64,000 bases of DNA from Eledone cirrhosa. Its lineage: Eukaryota. Location of the stretch: assembly GCA_964016885.1 (NCBI GenBank), contig OZ024741.1:164734001-164798000 (forward strand), written 5' to 3'. The notes below the pieces were generated by a model. That model searched no databases. It was not told where the DNA came from and saw only the letters and a list, made by a program, of their open reading frames with translations. The stretch's first letter is position 1. Every line of letters begins with the position of its first letter. Below, one piece after another: positions 27,224 through 41,295 of the stretch. The position numbers and the translations under genes are program-made.

Positions 27224-27771
27224 CCCATTTGATACTAAACTGCCTGAAACCACCCACGGTTCTATGATACAAAACTGTTTTAAAGTATTTATATTTATCT
27301 AAAATCCTTCCATCATAATCTTATATAAGAACTTTTGTTATATTCCAAACTGCATAGAGCCACCTCTGCTTCTACGATACAACATTGTTTTAAAGTATTT
27401 ATATTTATTGAAAAACCATCCATCACAATTTTATATATGAACCTTGGTTCAGTTATGTTCCAAATTGCCTGAAACTGCTGATGGTTTTATCATCAAAACT
27501 GTTTTAAAGTATTTATATTTATTGAAAAACCTTCCATCATAACTTTATATATGAACCTTGGTTAAGTTATGTTCCAAATTGTTGGAAACTGATGATGGTT
27601 CTATCATCAAAACTGTTTTAAAGTGATTATATTTATCTAAAAATCTTCCATCATAATTTTCTATAAGAACCTTTGTTAAATTATATTTCAAACACTAGCT
27701 TAATAAAGAGAAAGTTAGTGATATTAATAAATCTCTCCAAATTTGTGATTAATTTCAAAGGTAACAAAGGG
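27224..27771. mobile_element. Second piggyBac-like non-autonomous element with about four internal tandem subunits of roughly 100 bp
   Basis: ttaa-cccatttgatac...ggtaacaaaggg; repeated aactgttttaaagtatttatatttat..aaaa.cttccatcataa. Related pieces at 1190-1330, 3395-3550, 32872-33080 and 42630-42900. Confidence 0.6.
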
Positions 27772-27809
27772 TTGATTGGAAGGGAAAAAAAATAAAGCTG
27801 ATGTCAAGA

Positions 27810-28005
27810 AAGAGAGAGAGAGAGTAAGAGAGAGAGAGAGAGTAAGAGAGAGAGAGAGTAAGAGAGAGAGAGTGAGAGTAAGAGAGAGAGAGAGTGAGAG
27901 TAAGAGAGAGAGAGTGAGAGTAAGAGAGAGAGAGAGTGAGAGTAAGAGAGAGAGAGAGTGAGAGTGAGAGAGAGAGAGAGTGAGAGTGAGAGAGAGAGAG
28001 TGAGA

Positions 28006-28072
<67 letters not shown>
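27810..28072. repeat. (GA)n with interspersed GAGT
   Basis: Direct inspection. Confidence 0.92.
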
Positions 28073-28076
<4 letters not shown>

Positions 28077-29624
28077 GGGGAGGGGATAAAAGTAGAAGAG
28101 AACAAGTACAGCTGGTGAATAAAATTGAAAGAAAGATGAAATTTGAAACTTAAAAAGGTGTAATTAAACACACCTGAAGGGTTGAATATGTTATATCTTT
28201 TGTTTAAATTATTTAAATACTTCATGTAGAGAAGGTGCTGCTTTCTACACACTTTCTGTCAACTACATTCTACTGACAAAGTCAAGGTATTAGTGAACTC
28301 AAGGCTTATAATAGAAGATACTTTCTCTAGATGCTGTATTATAGAATCTGGCTTAGAAAAACATGGTTGTGAAGCAAGCAGCTTAAACATACACATACAC
28401 ATATGTAAAGTGGTCGTGTAGGATTCAAAAAGCACCCAGCACACGCTGTAAATGTGGTTGGCATTAAGAAAGGCATCCAGTCATATAAATCTAGCCAGAA
28501 ATAGTCCTATATGATTTTGACACAGTGACCTGACTCAACTTGCCTCTAATGGGATAATCCATCTAACCCATGCTAGCATGGAAAATGGACGTATGACGGC
28601 GATGATCACACACACGCACACACGCTAGTTGAGTTTTACTTCAGTTTTTATTAATCAGGTAACTAATCCATTCAATAGTTCATTTCACAATCAAATGGAG
28701 TAGCTGGAGCAAAGTCAAAACAAATAAAAGAACACAGAAGCAAAAAAAGTAATTAAGGAAGTCACAGAATGTGTGACAAATGAGCTTGACAATCAAATAG
28801 CCATTTGGTTGCTAAACCAACCAATGAATAGATTAATTACCTGACTAGTAATACAATGCAAAGTGAAATTGAACTAGTGTGTGTGTTTATATTGGCAACA
28901 TGACTCCCAAGGTATAACAATATATGTTTGAACATGACTTCAAATCAAATATCTTGCAAACTAAATACATAAATAAATTTTATCATCATCATCATTGTTT
29001 AATATCCCCTTTCCCTGCTAGCAAAGGTTGGATGGGTTTATATAGATTAAGTCAATATGAAAGTGGGCCTCCTGATCTCCCAAACAGGGCAGCTGTTGTC
29101 TGTATCTCGCTTATGCACAGTTCTACCAAGTGCACCAGCATAAGAGAGGTTGTCATGTACTTGACACAAATGAAGGGTCCTCCCAGACCTTTTTTTGGCA
29201 AGATTTCTACAGCTGGATGCCCTTCCTTTCACTAACAAATTTACAGCATGTACTAGATGTGTTTATCATGTAAATCACCAACACTAGGGAGGTTGTCAAG
29301 TCCTTGTTTGGAAAGCTTTCAATGGTTGTATGCCCTTCCTATCACCAACCACTTTACAGCGTTTACTGGGTGCATTTATCATATACATCATCAAACCTAG
29401 AGAGGTTGTCACACCATGACACAACTGCAGAGTAATCACAACCTTTTTAAAGCATGGTTTCTACAGTGGAGTGCCCTTCCTGTCACCATCCACCTTACAG
29501 GTTGTGCTGTGTACTTTTTCTTGGCACCAACGTTATAGAGGTCATTGGATCTTGTCCCAAAAGAAGAGCCCTTTCTAACTGTTGGTCTTTGTCACAACAC
29601 AAACAAAGTTTATATATATATATA

Positions 29625-29808
29625 CAGGTAAAATTCTATTATAACGAATACCATTATAATTAACTTTTCAGTATAACAACATGTTTTTCATTCCCCAAGG
29701 TAATAACAAACAAACGCTCAGTTTGTTTTGGTTGATCTTGTTATAAAGAATTTTTCGTTACAAATTTTTTTTATACCCTGTGAATTTTGTTATAATGGAA
29801 TTTGACTG
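29625..29808. mobile_element. pogo/Tigger-like MITE
   Basis: TA|caggtaaaattctattataac...gttataatggaatttgactg|TA. Confidence 0.7.
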
Positions 29809-30557
29809 TATACACACACAAGCTTCAGCTAATCATGCTCTTCAGAACTATAACTAAAACACTCCTGACATATTAACAAGGAAATGTATATCAATTATTG
29901 GTATAGGACAGTGAACATCATCAGGCTATAGCCATCATATTACATGGTTTCCATATATCTTTGCAGTTACCACTGCATGCATAATGGATTTCATTGTTTC
30001 CATCTACCAAATTCACTCACAAGGAATTGGACAGTCTGAGACTATAGTAGAAGATATTAATCTAAAATGTCACACTGTGATATAGAACCTGAGTCTACAT
30101 GGTTGCATAAATAAAAATGGTTTTAACCACACACCCATGCTTGCACCTATATATATGTGTATGTGCGCATGTTTATATAACCGTCTAACTCATTCTAGCA
30201 TGGAAAAATGGACGTTAAACGATGATGATAATGACGATTATATATAATATATATACGTGTGTGTGCATATTTATATCAAATTTTAAGTCTTCTTTCAAAA
30301 ATACTAGCTATAAGATCTGTGAAAATTTTGTAAAGAAATATTACAAAGAAAGAATAAAGAAATTTAAGTTGAAGGAAATATTAGACAAAGGAATGCTAAC
30401 TTAATTTCATTCTGTTGTTCTTATCGCATAATTCCCTTTATCTTTTTAATATGAAAATGTGTTTGATAAGCTTTATTGTGATATTTTATGGATAATTATA
30501 GTATACAGCACTTCCTTTTACACTGAAGAGAGTTTTAAACACACACACACACATATA

Positions 30558-30836
30558 TATAATAGAAAAAACGAGTTAGTTTCATTTACATATGAAAAAT
30601 ATTTATTGCGTATCGACCTGTTATGCGCATTTCACAGAGGATTGGCTCAAGGTGACGTATAGGAGGTATGGACCCGACTCCAGTATCGATCTACTCCTCA
30701 GACTGGTGATGTGACAAAAGATATATTTTTATTATGTCCCCTTGAGCCAATCCTCTGTGAAACGAGTGTAACAGGTCGATACGCAATAAATATTTTTCAT
30801 ATGTAAACGAAACCTCCTCGATTTTTTCTATTATAT
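30558..30836. mobile_element. Foldback element with about 100-bp inverted arms and a hammerhead-like motif (putative Penelope-like terminus)
   Basis: Arms at about 30558-30657 and 30736-30836 are reverse complements. Confidence 0.6.
30617..30706 (-). ncRNA. Hammerhead ribozyme-like motif with a long stem II insert
   Basis: ccagt CTGAGGA gtaga...tctgt GAAA tgcgca TA acagg. Confidence 0.5.
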
Positions 30837-32048
30837 ACACTCTGCCTGTGCATAGAGTGCTTGATTTGATAGCAACACTAGTATTTCACCTTACTATCTA
30901 CACTATATATATATATAATCAACATCACTTTATAATATATATATATAATCAACATCACTCAATATACATATATGGTTCTATGATAAAAAGCACCCAGCCC
31001 ACCATATTGGTGCCAACAATAACATGCAGCCAGTACACTCTGTAAAGTGGTTGGCTAGAGCAAAGACATCCAGCCATAGAAGCCTCGCCAAAATGGAATG
31101 TGCGAGATAGGCATGGTCATCTGAATGTCAAATCTCACAATGTGACAATTCATTAACCTATGCTACACACAAATCAGTAGTGATTATATACATATATATA
31201 TATATATATATACACACACTTCTCCAACCCATGCAAGTGTGTAAAAATCGATGTAAAAACGATTATGATGATGATAGGCAGCAAATTGGCAGAATTGTTA
31301 GAATATTGGATTAAATGCCTTGATTTTGGGTCCAACTTTTTGCACTCTGTAAATCTTTTGAAGTAAAATCTGCCTTTCCTACTTTTAAGTTGGATAAATA
31401 AAGTAGCCCATTCATGAGCAATGGATTGGTGCAATTGTTATTCAGATGAGAGGCTTTGTGGTGTCTGATTTGACCAGTCTATAATATCAGCAATGGAGAC
31501 ATTTCCTTGGTCTGATTTGATGGTTGGTTCCTTTTCTCTCTTTCTTATATACATACACACACAAGCATACATATTTTTTTCTAGAAACGAAATGCAAGGA
31601 GGCTGTTTGAAAACAATTGTTCAAACTGTATCATGTGGATGCATATGTACACTTGAATACATCTGAGAAGAGACAAGCTGAAAAAATTGAGTTAATAAGG
31701 TACTGAATGGTATCAAAGTTTGATGAAAGCAATGTAATTATAATAAGTTCTCATGGAATTGAATAATAGGAGAGAGAAGAGAATGAAATGCTTCTTATGA
31801 AACTTATTTAGAACAATTTCAGACAGCTTTCAAAATACTTTATAGTGGCTTATATAGTATGATGTTGGTCCTGAACATATCCTGTGAAATATAAATGCCA
31901 TCTGAAGATATGTACCACAACCAAGGGCATGGCTTTTGCTCCCCTTAGGAAGGTTATACTAAAACAAAGGAAATTAAAGCTATAGTCTGAAATAATGTAA
32001 CCTAACCCACAAGAGGAAAGAAAAGGAAATCTTTTCCCCCAGGTTTAA

Positions 32049-32867
32049 CACTTTAGCATTTAAACCATCCATATCTGACCAGAATTCTCTCACCCCTTTC
32101 TGTTAAAACTGGCTGTAACCGGCTGCTCATATGGATGTTATGGTATTTTTCTCAAAATAAATATCTTTCTAATATATTTCGTAGATTCGATATTATGTGA
32201 GATAATTATCTCTATATATATAAAACTGAAGATGTCTGTCTGTGTGTGTGTGAGTTTGAATCCCTAAAACTAGAGAAGCACCCAACCGACTGTTTTCAAA
32301 CTTTATACATGTAATACTTATGTTTCAGGGAGTGTTCTGAGCAAAAAGAATTTCAAATTTTCAATGCCCTAGGGACCGCATTAGGCGATTTAGCGATCAC
32401 TCTCTATAATTCTTAGTCTTTCTCTTTTTAGATAGATACATACATATAACGTCGCGCCCTTATAATATCTGTCTGTATGTCTGGCTGTCTGCATTACATC
32501 TCTTCCTACAATTCGCTCTGCGTCCAGAGCACGCCCTTATAATATCTGTCTGTATGGTTGGCTGTCTGCTGCCTCCGGTTATTCTGCCACCCTTGCTCAA
32601 GACAAATCTCACACTCATTCCCCAAACAGTTGGTAAGTGCACACAACTTCTTCCTCACGTTTTAAGCCACAGTGTTGCTTACTTACGTACCACCAGACCC
32701 TTACTTCTTTGCCAGCCGTGGTTGTGGCAATACTAAGCTTAGCTAAGGCGGTTATATATTTCACAATACCTTATCCCGTGCAACGCCGGGTACCACTGCT
32801 AGTGTAAAATAAAATGTTTACCGTAAAAATACAATAGTAAATATTGAATAATGTAAATGTTAAAGGG
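32049..32867. mobile_element. piggyBac-type MITE P1 interrupted by a Helitron
   Basis: TTAA-cactttagcattta...taaatgttaaaggg-TTAA. Confidence 0.8.
32209..32802 (+). mobile_element. Non-autonomous Helitron (594 bp) nested in a piggyBac MITE
   Basis: Starts TC, ends CTAG, subterminal hairpin cccgtgcaacgccggg (32775-32790), inserted between A and T with no TSD; the host MITE is restored on removal. Confidence 0.88.
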
Positions 32868-33734
32868 TTAACCCTTTCATCATTGTACTTCTAATGAAAC
32901 ACATTGTATCTCAATCGATTAATGAAATATTTGGAGGGATTTATTACAATTATTAAGATGGTATTTGTAGCATAATTTAGCTAAAACCTCTGATATCAAA
33001 TTATGCTTTTTTTTTGTTTTTATAGATTTCTTTTATAGAAACAATGGTGTTTTGGGATGGGTTGGTATCAAAAGTGTTAAAAATGTAATTATAAGATATC
33101 TATTAACATCGTGAGAGGTAAACCTTTGATGTGGCAGGAAAAGAAAAAGAAGATCAATAAAAAGATGAAAGACTGAAATCATAGAGTTTATTATCAGTTT
33201 TATAACAAATGAAACCATTATGTTCACAACATTGTCTCTGGCTAAACAAAACTCAAATTGGATGAATGGATGGGTGGTCATTTAATTGGGCGAAGAAGGG
33301 AAATAAGAGAGAGGCACACCCATGAATATAGTCATTAGAATATTGGTCAGGTGCTGATATAACATTGGTCAATTACTGAGACATTGAAATGTACTCTTAC
33401 ACCTCCTCCTCAGTCCAAGTAAAGCCTGCCCAAACTTTAGAAACTTGGAAGAGCTACTTATATTGTTTCACCATGCCAGCATGTAAGCCCAATTGTTCAT
33501 AATAGTGCGAGATAAGGAGGGCAGGAGAGACAGAGGTAGTAACAGTGGGGAGTTTGGTTTCTTTGTGTTCAGACTTGGTCTATATGTATGTTTCACAGAC
33601 ATACACTCACACTGGGTCAGCAAAGAGATGCAACAATTTGTGATATCAGGACTATACTTATAAAAGACATTCAAGGAAATATATTAAAATATTTAAATAG
33701 TTATAAAAAAATTATGACAATTGTTAAAGGATTC

Positions 33735-35626
33735 ACACGTAATGAAGCTACTCTTCCTGATGTAGATACAATATAACACGTAATGAAGCTACTCTTCCTG
33801 ATGTAGATACAATATAACACGTAATGAAGCTACTCTTCCTGATGTAGATACAGTATAACACGTAATGAAGCTACTCTTCCTGATGTAGATACAGTATAAC
33901 ACGTAATGAAGCTACTCTTCCTGATGTAGATACAATATAACACGTAATGAAGCTACTCTTCCTGATGTAGATACAATATAACATGTAATGAAGCTACTCT
34001 TCCTGATGTAGATACAATATAACATGTAATGAAGCTACTCTTCCTGATGTAGATACAATATAACACGTAATGAAGCTACTCTTCCTGATGTAGATACAAT
34101 ATAACACGTAATGAAGCTACTCTTCCTGATGTAGATACAATATAACACGTAATGAAGCTACTCTTCCTGATGTAGATACAGTATAACACGTAATGAAGCT
34201 ACTCTTCCTGATGTAGATACAGTATAACACGTAATGAAGCTACTCTTCCTGATGTAGATACAATATAACACGTAATGAAGCTACTCTTCCTGATGTAGAT
34301 ACAATATAACATGTAATGAAGCTACTCTTCCTGATGTAGATACAATATAACATGTAATGAAGCTACTCTTCCTGATGTAGATACAATATAACACGTAATG
34401 AAGCTACTCTTCCTGATGTAGATACAATATAACACGTAATGAAGCTACTCTTCCTGATGTAGATACAATATAACACGTAATGAAGCTACTCTTCCTGATG
34501 TAGATACAATATAACACGTAATGAAGCTACTCTTCCTGATGTAGATACAATATAACATGTAATGAAGCTACTCTTCCTGATGTAGATACAATATAACATG
34601 TAATGAAGCTACTCTTCCTGATGTAGATACAATATAACACGTAATGAAGCTACTCTTCCTGATGTAGATACAATATAACATGTAATGAAGCTACTCTTCC
34701 TGATGTAGATACAATATAACACGTAATGAAGCTACTCTTCCTGATGTAGATACAATATAACACGTAATGAAGCTACTCTTCCTGATGTAGATACAATATA
34801 ACACGTAATGAAGCTACTCTTCCTGATGTAGATACAATATAACACGTAATGAAGCTACTCTTCCTGATGTAGATACAATATAACACGTAATGAAGCTACT
34901 CTTCCTGATGTAGATACAATATAACACGTAATGAAGCTACTCTTCCTGATGTAGATACAATATAACACGTAATGAAGCTACTCTTCCTGATGTAGATACA
35001 ATATAACATGTAATGAAGCTACTCTTCCTGATGTAGATACAATATAACACGTAATGAAGCTACTCTTCCTGATGTAGATACAATATAACATGTAATGAAG
35101 CTACTCTTCCTGATGTAGATACAATATAACACGTAATGAAGCTACTCTTCCTGATGTAGATACAATATAACACGTAATGAAGCTACTCTTCCTGATGTAG
35201 ATACAATATAACACGTAATGAAGCTACTCTTCCTGATGTAGATACAATATAACACGTAATGAAGCTACTCTTCCTGATGTAGATACAATATAACACGTAA
35301 TGAAGCTACTCTTCCTGATGTAGATACAATATAACACGTAATGAAGCTACTCTTCCTGATGTAGATACAATATAACACGTAATGAAGCTACTCTTCCTGA
35401 TGTAGATACAATATAACACGTAATGAAGCTACTCTTCCTGATGTAGATACAATATAACACGTAATGAAGCTACTCTTCCTGATGTAGATACAATATAACA
35501 CGTAATGAAGCTACTCTTCCTGATGTAGATACAATATAACACGTAATGAAGCTACTCTTCCTGATGTAGATACAATATAACATGTAATGAAGCTACTCTT
35601 CCTGATGTAGATACAATATAACATGT
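33735..35626. repeat. Minisatellite, 41-bp unit x46 (acacgtaatgaagctactcttcctgatgtagatacaatata)
   Basis: 1886 bp equals 46 x 41, plus a terminal acatgt. Confidence 0.97.
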
Positions 35627-36004
35627 CTAGAAACTGTGTTGTACTTTGGGTGGGGCATACTGCCAATAAAAACACATGCACTGGCTGTATTTAAGTTTGG
35701 TTTTATAATCAATCAATTAGATAATTAATCAATTAATCAACAATTTCATAAAATATATTCATTAATTGTTTTATCAAAGTTCTTTCATTGCAGCCTATGA
35801 CCTCATCAATGATGATGATGCAACATGAGTTGATCTTGGTATGACTTGAACTCAGATCATAAAAAGATAGAAGAGATGCTGCAAGAGATGTTTTAACATA
35901 GGCTCAAAACAACTAATTTAGGGTGACTCAAGTTCCTAACCTTGAATTTTACTTTCTCTGTACTGGAAGGATAAAAAGTAAAGTTGACCTTGGTGAGATT
36001 TGAA

Positions 36005-39000
36005 CTCAAATGTGAAGAACCAGAACAAGTACTACCAGTCATTTTGTCAGATGCTCAAATGTGAAGAACCAGAACAAGTACTACCAGTCATTTTGTCAGA
36101 TGCTCAAATGTGAAGAACCAGAACAAGTACTACCAGTCATTTTGTCAGATGCTCAAATGTGAAGAACCAGAACAAGTACTACCAGTCATTTTGTCAGATG
36201 CTCAAATGTGAAGAACCAGAACAAGTACTACCAGTCATTTTGTCAGATGCTCAAATGTGAAGAACCAGAACAAGTACTACCAGTCATTTTGTCAGATGCT
36301 CAAATGTGAAGAACCAGAACAAGTACTACAAGTCATTTTGTCAGATGCTCAAATGTGAAGAACCAGAACAAGTACTACCAGTCATTTTGTCAGATGCTCA
36401 AATGTGAAGAACCAGAACAAGTACTACAAGTCATTTTGTCAGATGCTCAAATGTGAAGAACCAGAACAAGTACTACAAGTCATTTTGTCAGATGCTCAAA
36501 TGTGAAGAACCAGAACAAGTACTACCAGTCATTTTGTCAGATGCTCAAATGTGAAGAACCAGAACAAGTACTACCAGTCATTTTGTCAGATGCTCAAATG
36601 TGAAGAACCAGAACAAGTACTACCAGTCATTTTGTCAGATGCTCAAATGTGAAGAACCAGAACAAGTACTACAAGTCATTTTGTCAGATGCTCAAATGTG
36701 AAGAACCAGAACAAGTACTACAAGTCATTTTGTCAGATGCTCAAATGTGAAGAACCAGAACAAGTACTACAAGTCATTTTGTCAGATGCTCAAATGTGAA
36801 GAACCAGAACAAGTACTACAAGTCATTTTGTCAGATGCTCAAATGTGAAGAACCAGAACAAGTACTACCAGTCATTTTGTCAGATGCTCAAATGTGAAGA
36901 ACCAGAACAAGTACTACAAGTCATTTTGTCAGATGCTCAAATGTGAAGAACCAGAACAAGTACTACAAGTCATTTTGTCAGATGCTCAAATGTGAAGAAC
37001 CAGAACAAGTACTACAAGTCATTTTGTCAGATGCTCAAATGTGAAGAACCAGAACAAGTACTACAAGTCATTTTGTCAGATGCTCAAATGTGAAGAACCA
37101 GAACAAGTACTACCAGTCATTTTGTCAGATGCTCAAATGTGAAGAACCAGAACAAGTACTACAAGTCATTTTGTCAGATGCTCAAATGTGAAGAACCAGA
37201 ACAAGTACTACAAGTCATTTTGTCAGATGCTCAAATGTGAAGAACCAGAACAAGTACTACCAGTCATTTTGTCAGATGCTCAAATGTGAAGAACCAGAAC
37301 AAGTACTACAAGTCATTTTGTCAGATGCTCAAATGTGAAGAACCAGAACAAGTACTACAAGTCATTTTGTCAGATGCTCAAATGTGAAGAACCAGAACAA
37401 GTACTACCAGTCATTTTGTCAGATGCTCAAATGTGAAGAACCAGAACAAGTACTACCAGTCATTTTGTCAGATGCTCAAATGTGAAGAACCAGAACAAGT
37501 ACTACCAGTCATTTTGTCAGATGCTCAAATGTGAAGAACCAGAACAAGTACTACAAGTCATTTTGTCAGATGCTCAAATGTGAAGAACCAGAACAAGTAC
37601 TACAAGTCATTTTGTCAGATGCTCAAATGTGAAGAACCAGAACAAGTACTACAAGTCATTTTGTCAGATGCTCAAATGTGAAGAACCAGAACAAGTACTA
37701 CAAGTCATTTTGTCAGATGCTCAAATGTGAAGAACCAGAACAAGTACTACAAGTCATTTTGTCAGATGCTCAAATGTGAAGAACCAGAACAAGTACTACC
37801 AGTCATTTTGTCAGATGCTCAAATGTGAAGAACCAGAACAAGTACTACCAGTCATTTTGTCAGATGCTCAAATGTGAAGAACCAGAACAAGTACTACCAG
37901 TCATTTTGTCAGATGCTCAAATGTGAAGAACCAGAACAAGTACTACAAGTCATTTTGTCAGATGCTCAAATGTGAAGAACCAGAACAAGTACTACAAGTC
38001 ATTTTGTCAGATGCTCAAATGTGAAGAACCAGAACAAGTACTACAAGTCATTTTGTCAGATGCTCAAATGTGAAGAACCAGAACAAGTACTACAAGTCAT
38101 TTTGTCAGATGCTCAAATGTGAAGAACCAGAACAAGTACTACAAGTCATTTTGTCAGATGCTCAAATGTGAAGAACCAGAACAAGTACTACCAGTCATTT
38201 TGTCAGATGCTCAAATGTGAAGAACCAGAACAAGTACTACCAGTCATTTTGTCAGATGCTCAAATGTGAAGAACCAGAACAAGTACTACCAGTCATTTTG
38301 TCAGATGCTCAAATGTGAAGAACCAGAACAAGTACTACAAGTCATTTTGTCAGATGCTCAAATGTGAAGAACCAGAACAAGTACTACAAGTCATTTTGTC
38401 AGATGCTCAAATGTGAAGAACCAGAACAAGTACTACAAGTCATTTTGTCAGATGCTCAAATGTGAAGAACCAGAACAAGTACTACCAGTCATTTTGTCAG
38501 ATGCTCAAATGTGAAGAACCAGAACAAGTACTACCAGTCATTTTGTCAGATGCTCAAATGTGAAGAACCAGAACAAGTACTACCAGTCATTTTGTCAGAT
38601 GCTCAAATGTGAAGAACCAGAACAAGTACTACCAGTCATTTTGTCAGATGCTCAAATGTGAAGAACCAGAACAAGTACTACAAGTCATTTTGTCAGATGC
38701 TCAAATGTGAAGAACCAGAACAAGTACTACCAGTCATTTTGTCAGATGCTCAAATGTGAAGAACCAGAACAAGTACTACCAGTCATTTTGTCAGATGCTC
38801 AAATGTGAAGAACCAGAACAAGTACTACCAGTCATTTTGTCAGATGCTCAAATGTGAAGAACCAGAACAAGTACTACCAGTCATTTTGTCAGATGCTCAA
38901 ATGTGAAGAACCAGAACAAGTACTACCAGTCATTTTGTCAGATGCTCAAATGTGAAGAACCAGAACAAGTACTACCAGTCATTTTGTCAGATGCTCAAAT

Positions 39001-39785
39001 GTGAAGAACCAGAACAAGTACTACCAGTCATTTTGTCAGATGCTCAAATGTGAAGAACCAGAACAAGTACTACCAGTCATTTTGTCAGATGCTCAAATGT
39101 GAAGAACCAGAACAAGTACTACCAGTCATTTTGTCAGATGCTCAAATGTGAAGAACCAGAACAAGTACTACAAGTCATTTTGTCAGATGCTCAAATGTGA
39201 AGAACCAGAACAAGTACTACCAGTCATTTTGTCAGATGCTCAAATGTGAAGAACCAGAACAAGTACTACAAGTCATTTTGTCAGATGCTCAAATGTGAAG
39301 AACCAGAACAAGTACTACCAGTCATTTTGTCAGATGCTCAAATGTGAAGAACCAGAACAAGTACTACAAGTCATTTTGTCAGATGCTCAAATGTGAAGAA
39401 CCAGAACAAGTACTACAAGTCATTTTGTCAGATGCTCAAATGTGAAGAACCAGAACAAGTACTACAAGTCATTTTGTCAGATGCTCAAATGTGAAGAACC
39501 AGAACAAGTACTACCAGTCATTTTGTCAGATGCTCAAATGTGAAGAACCAGAACAAGTACTACAAGTCATTTTGTCAGATGCTCAAATGTGAAGAACCAG
39601 AACAAGTACTACAAGTCATTTTGTCAGATGCTCAAATGTGAAGAACCAGAACAAGTACTACCAGTCATTTTGTCAGATGCTCAAATGTGAAGAACCAGAA
39701 CAAGTACTACCAGTCATTTTGTCAGATGCTCAAATGTGAAGAACCAGAACAAGTACTACCAGTCATTTTGTCAGATGCTCAAATG
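36005..39785. repeat. Minisatellite, 49-bp unit x77 (ctcaaatgtgaagaaccagaacaagtactac[c/a]agtcattttgtcagatg)
   Basis: 3773 bp equals 77 x 49, plus a terminal ctcaaatg. Confidence 0.97.
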
Positions 39786-39884
39786 ATTCTGCCATTCCAC
39801 ATCACATGCATCTCAGTATACAAATGAATAGAACTGAAAGTAGTAGTTTGCACTGTTTCTACTATGATTGCATATGTGTCGTAT

Positions 39885-40930
39885 AATGATGATGATGATG
39901 GTGTGGAGGGATAGCGGGGATGGTGGTGGGTAGTGATGATGGTAGTGTTGATGGTGCCAGTGTTGACGGTAGGTAGTGATGACGATGATAGTGCCGATGA
40001 TGGTAGTGATGATGATGATGATAGTGATGGTGATGATGGCAGTGATGATGATAGTGCCGGTGATGGTGGTGCCAGTGTTGATGATAGTGCCGATGATGGT
40101 GGTGCCGGTGTTGATGGTGGTGCCGGTGATGGTGGTGCAGTGAAGGAGAGAAAGAAGGATTAAGGAAGAATGATGAGATAATCTCATTTATTGTATTGAG
40201 TATGTTTATAGAGATTAACTAGTTTCTTGGAGAAATAGAGAGAAAGATGGTATGGATGACGATGTTGATGGTAGAGGTGTTGGGGATGATGGGTCATGTT
40301 GGTAGTGATGGTGTTGTTAGTCATGATGATGATGATGATGATGAAGTTGATAGCAGTAATGTTGATACTAGTGGTGGAGGTGATGATGGTAGGGGTTATA
40401 GTATTAGTGGTGTTGATGATGGTAGTAGTAGTGATGACAATGATGATGATGGTAGTTGGAGTAATGATGGTTATTTAGGATGGTAGTAGTAATAGTGATA
40501 GGTGTGCGAGTGAAGAGAATGGTGATGATGATGATGATGATGAGGAGGGGGATACCTACAACAATAACAATGAGAACAACAACTGCTAGCATGAGATAGT
40601 TACAAGAAGCTGTGGTTACAATGTTATACTGCCAACATTGTAACACAAAGAGGTTTATAGTGGGTTGTTGTTGTTGTTGTGGAAGGAGAGAGAGGGAGAG
40701 AGAGAGGGGGAGAGAGAGTGTGCATGTGCAAGAGAGAGAGTGTGTGCATGTGTGTGAGAGAGAGTGTGTGCATGTGTGTGAGAGAGAGTGTGTGCATGTG
40801 TGTGAGAGAGAGTGTATGCATGTGTGTGTGTGCGAGAGAGAGAGAGAGGAGAGATAAAGAAAGAGTGTGTGAGTGAGGGAGAAAAAGATAAAGAGAGAGA
40901 ATTAAAATGTGAGAGAAGTAAAAAGACTGT

Positions 40931-40970
<40 letters not shown>
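39885..40970. repeat. (GAT/GGT)-rich then (GA/GT)-rich low-complexity DNA
   Basis: Direct inspection. Confidence 0.85.
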
Positions 40971-41295
40971 AACGCTACGTGTGTTACAGTTGTCAATCAT
41001 GTAATTAGAAAGAATTAGAGCGTTACCATATTACAATTAATTCTAATAATTAATAGTAATTGATACATAACGTAATAGGTGAACATTATATCAACACTAC
41101 ATGGGATTATTATTGAGCTGAACTTTGTATAGTATGACTGAATAAAAGATAAGGTTATCATGATGGGTGGCCATTTGATCATAGGATTGCTTAATCAGGG
41201 CTGATCTGGGGCTAAATAACAACAACAGTTTCTGTCAAGCCATTCCTTCTTTAGTTCCTTAGACATTAACACTTTCATTATCATATTACTAATGA

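Noticed and set aside
33735-39785. Possible CRISPR-like arrays
   Set aside because: Head-to-tail identical units with no unique spacers, no cas genes, and a eukaryotic context.
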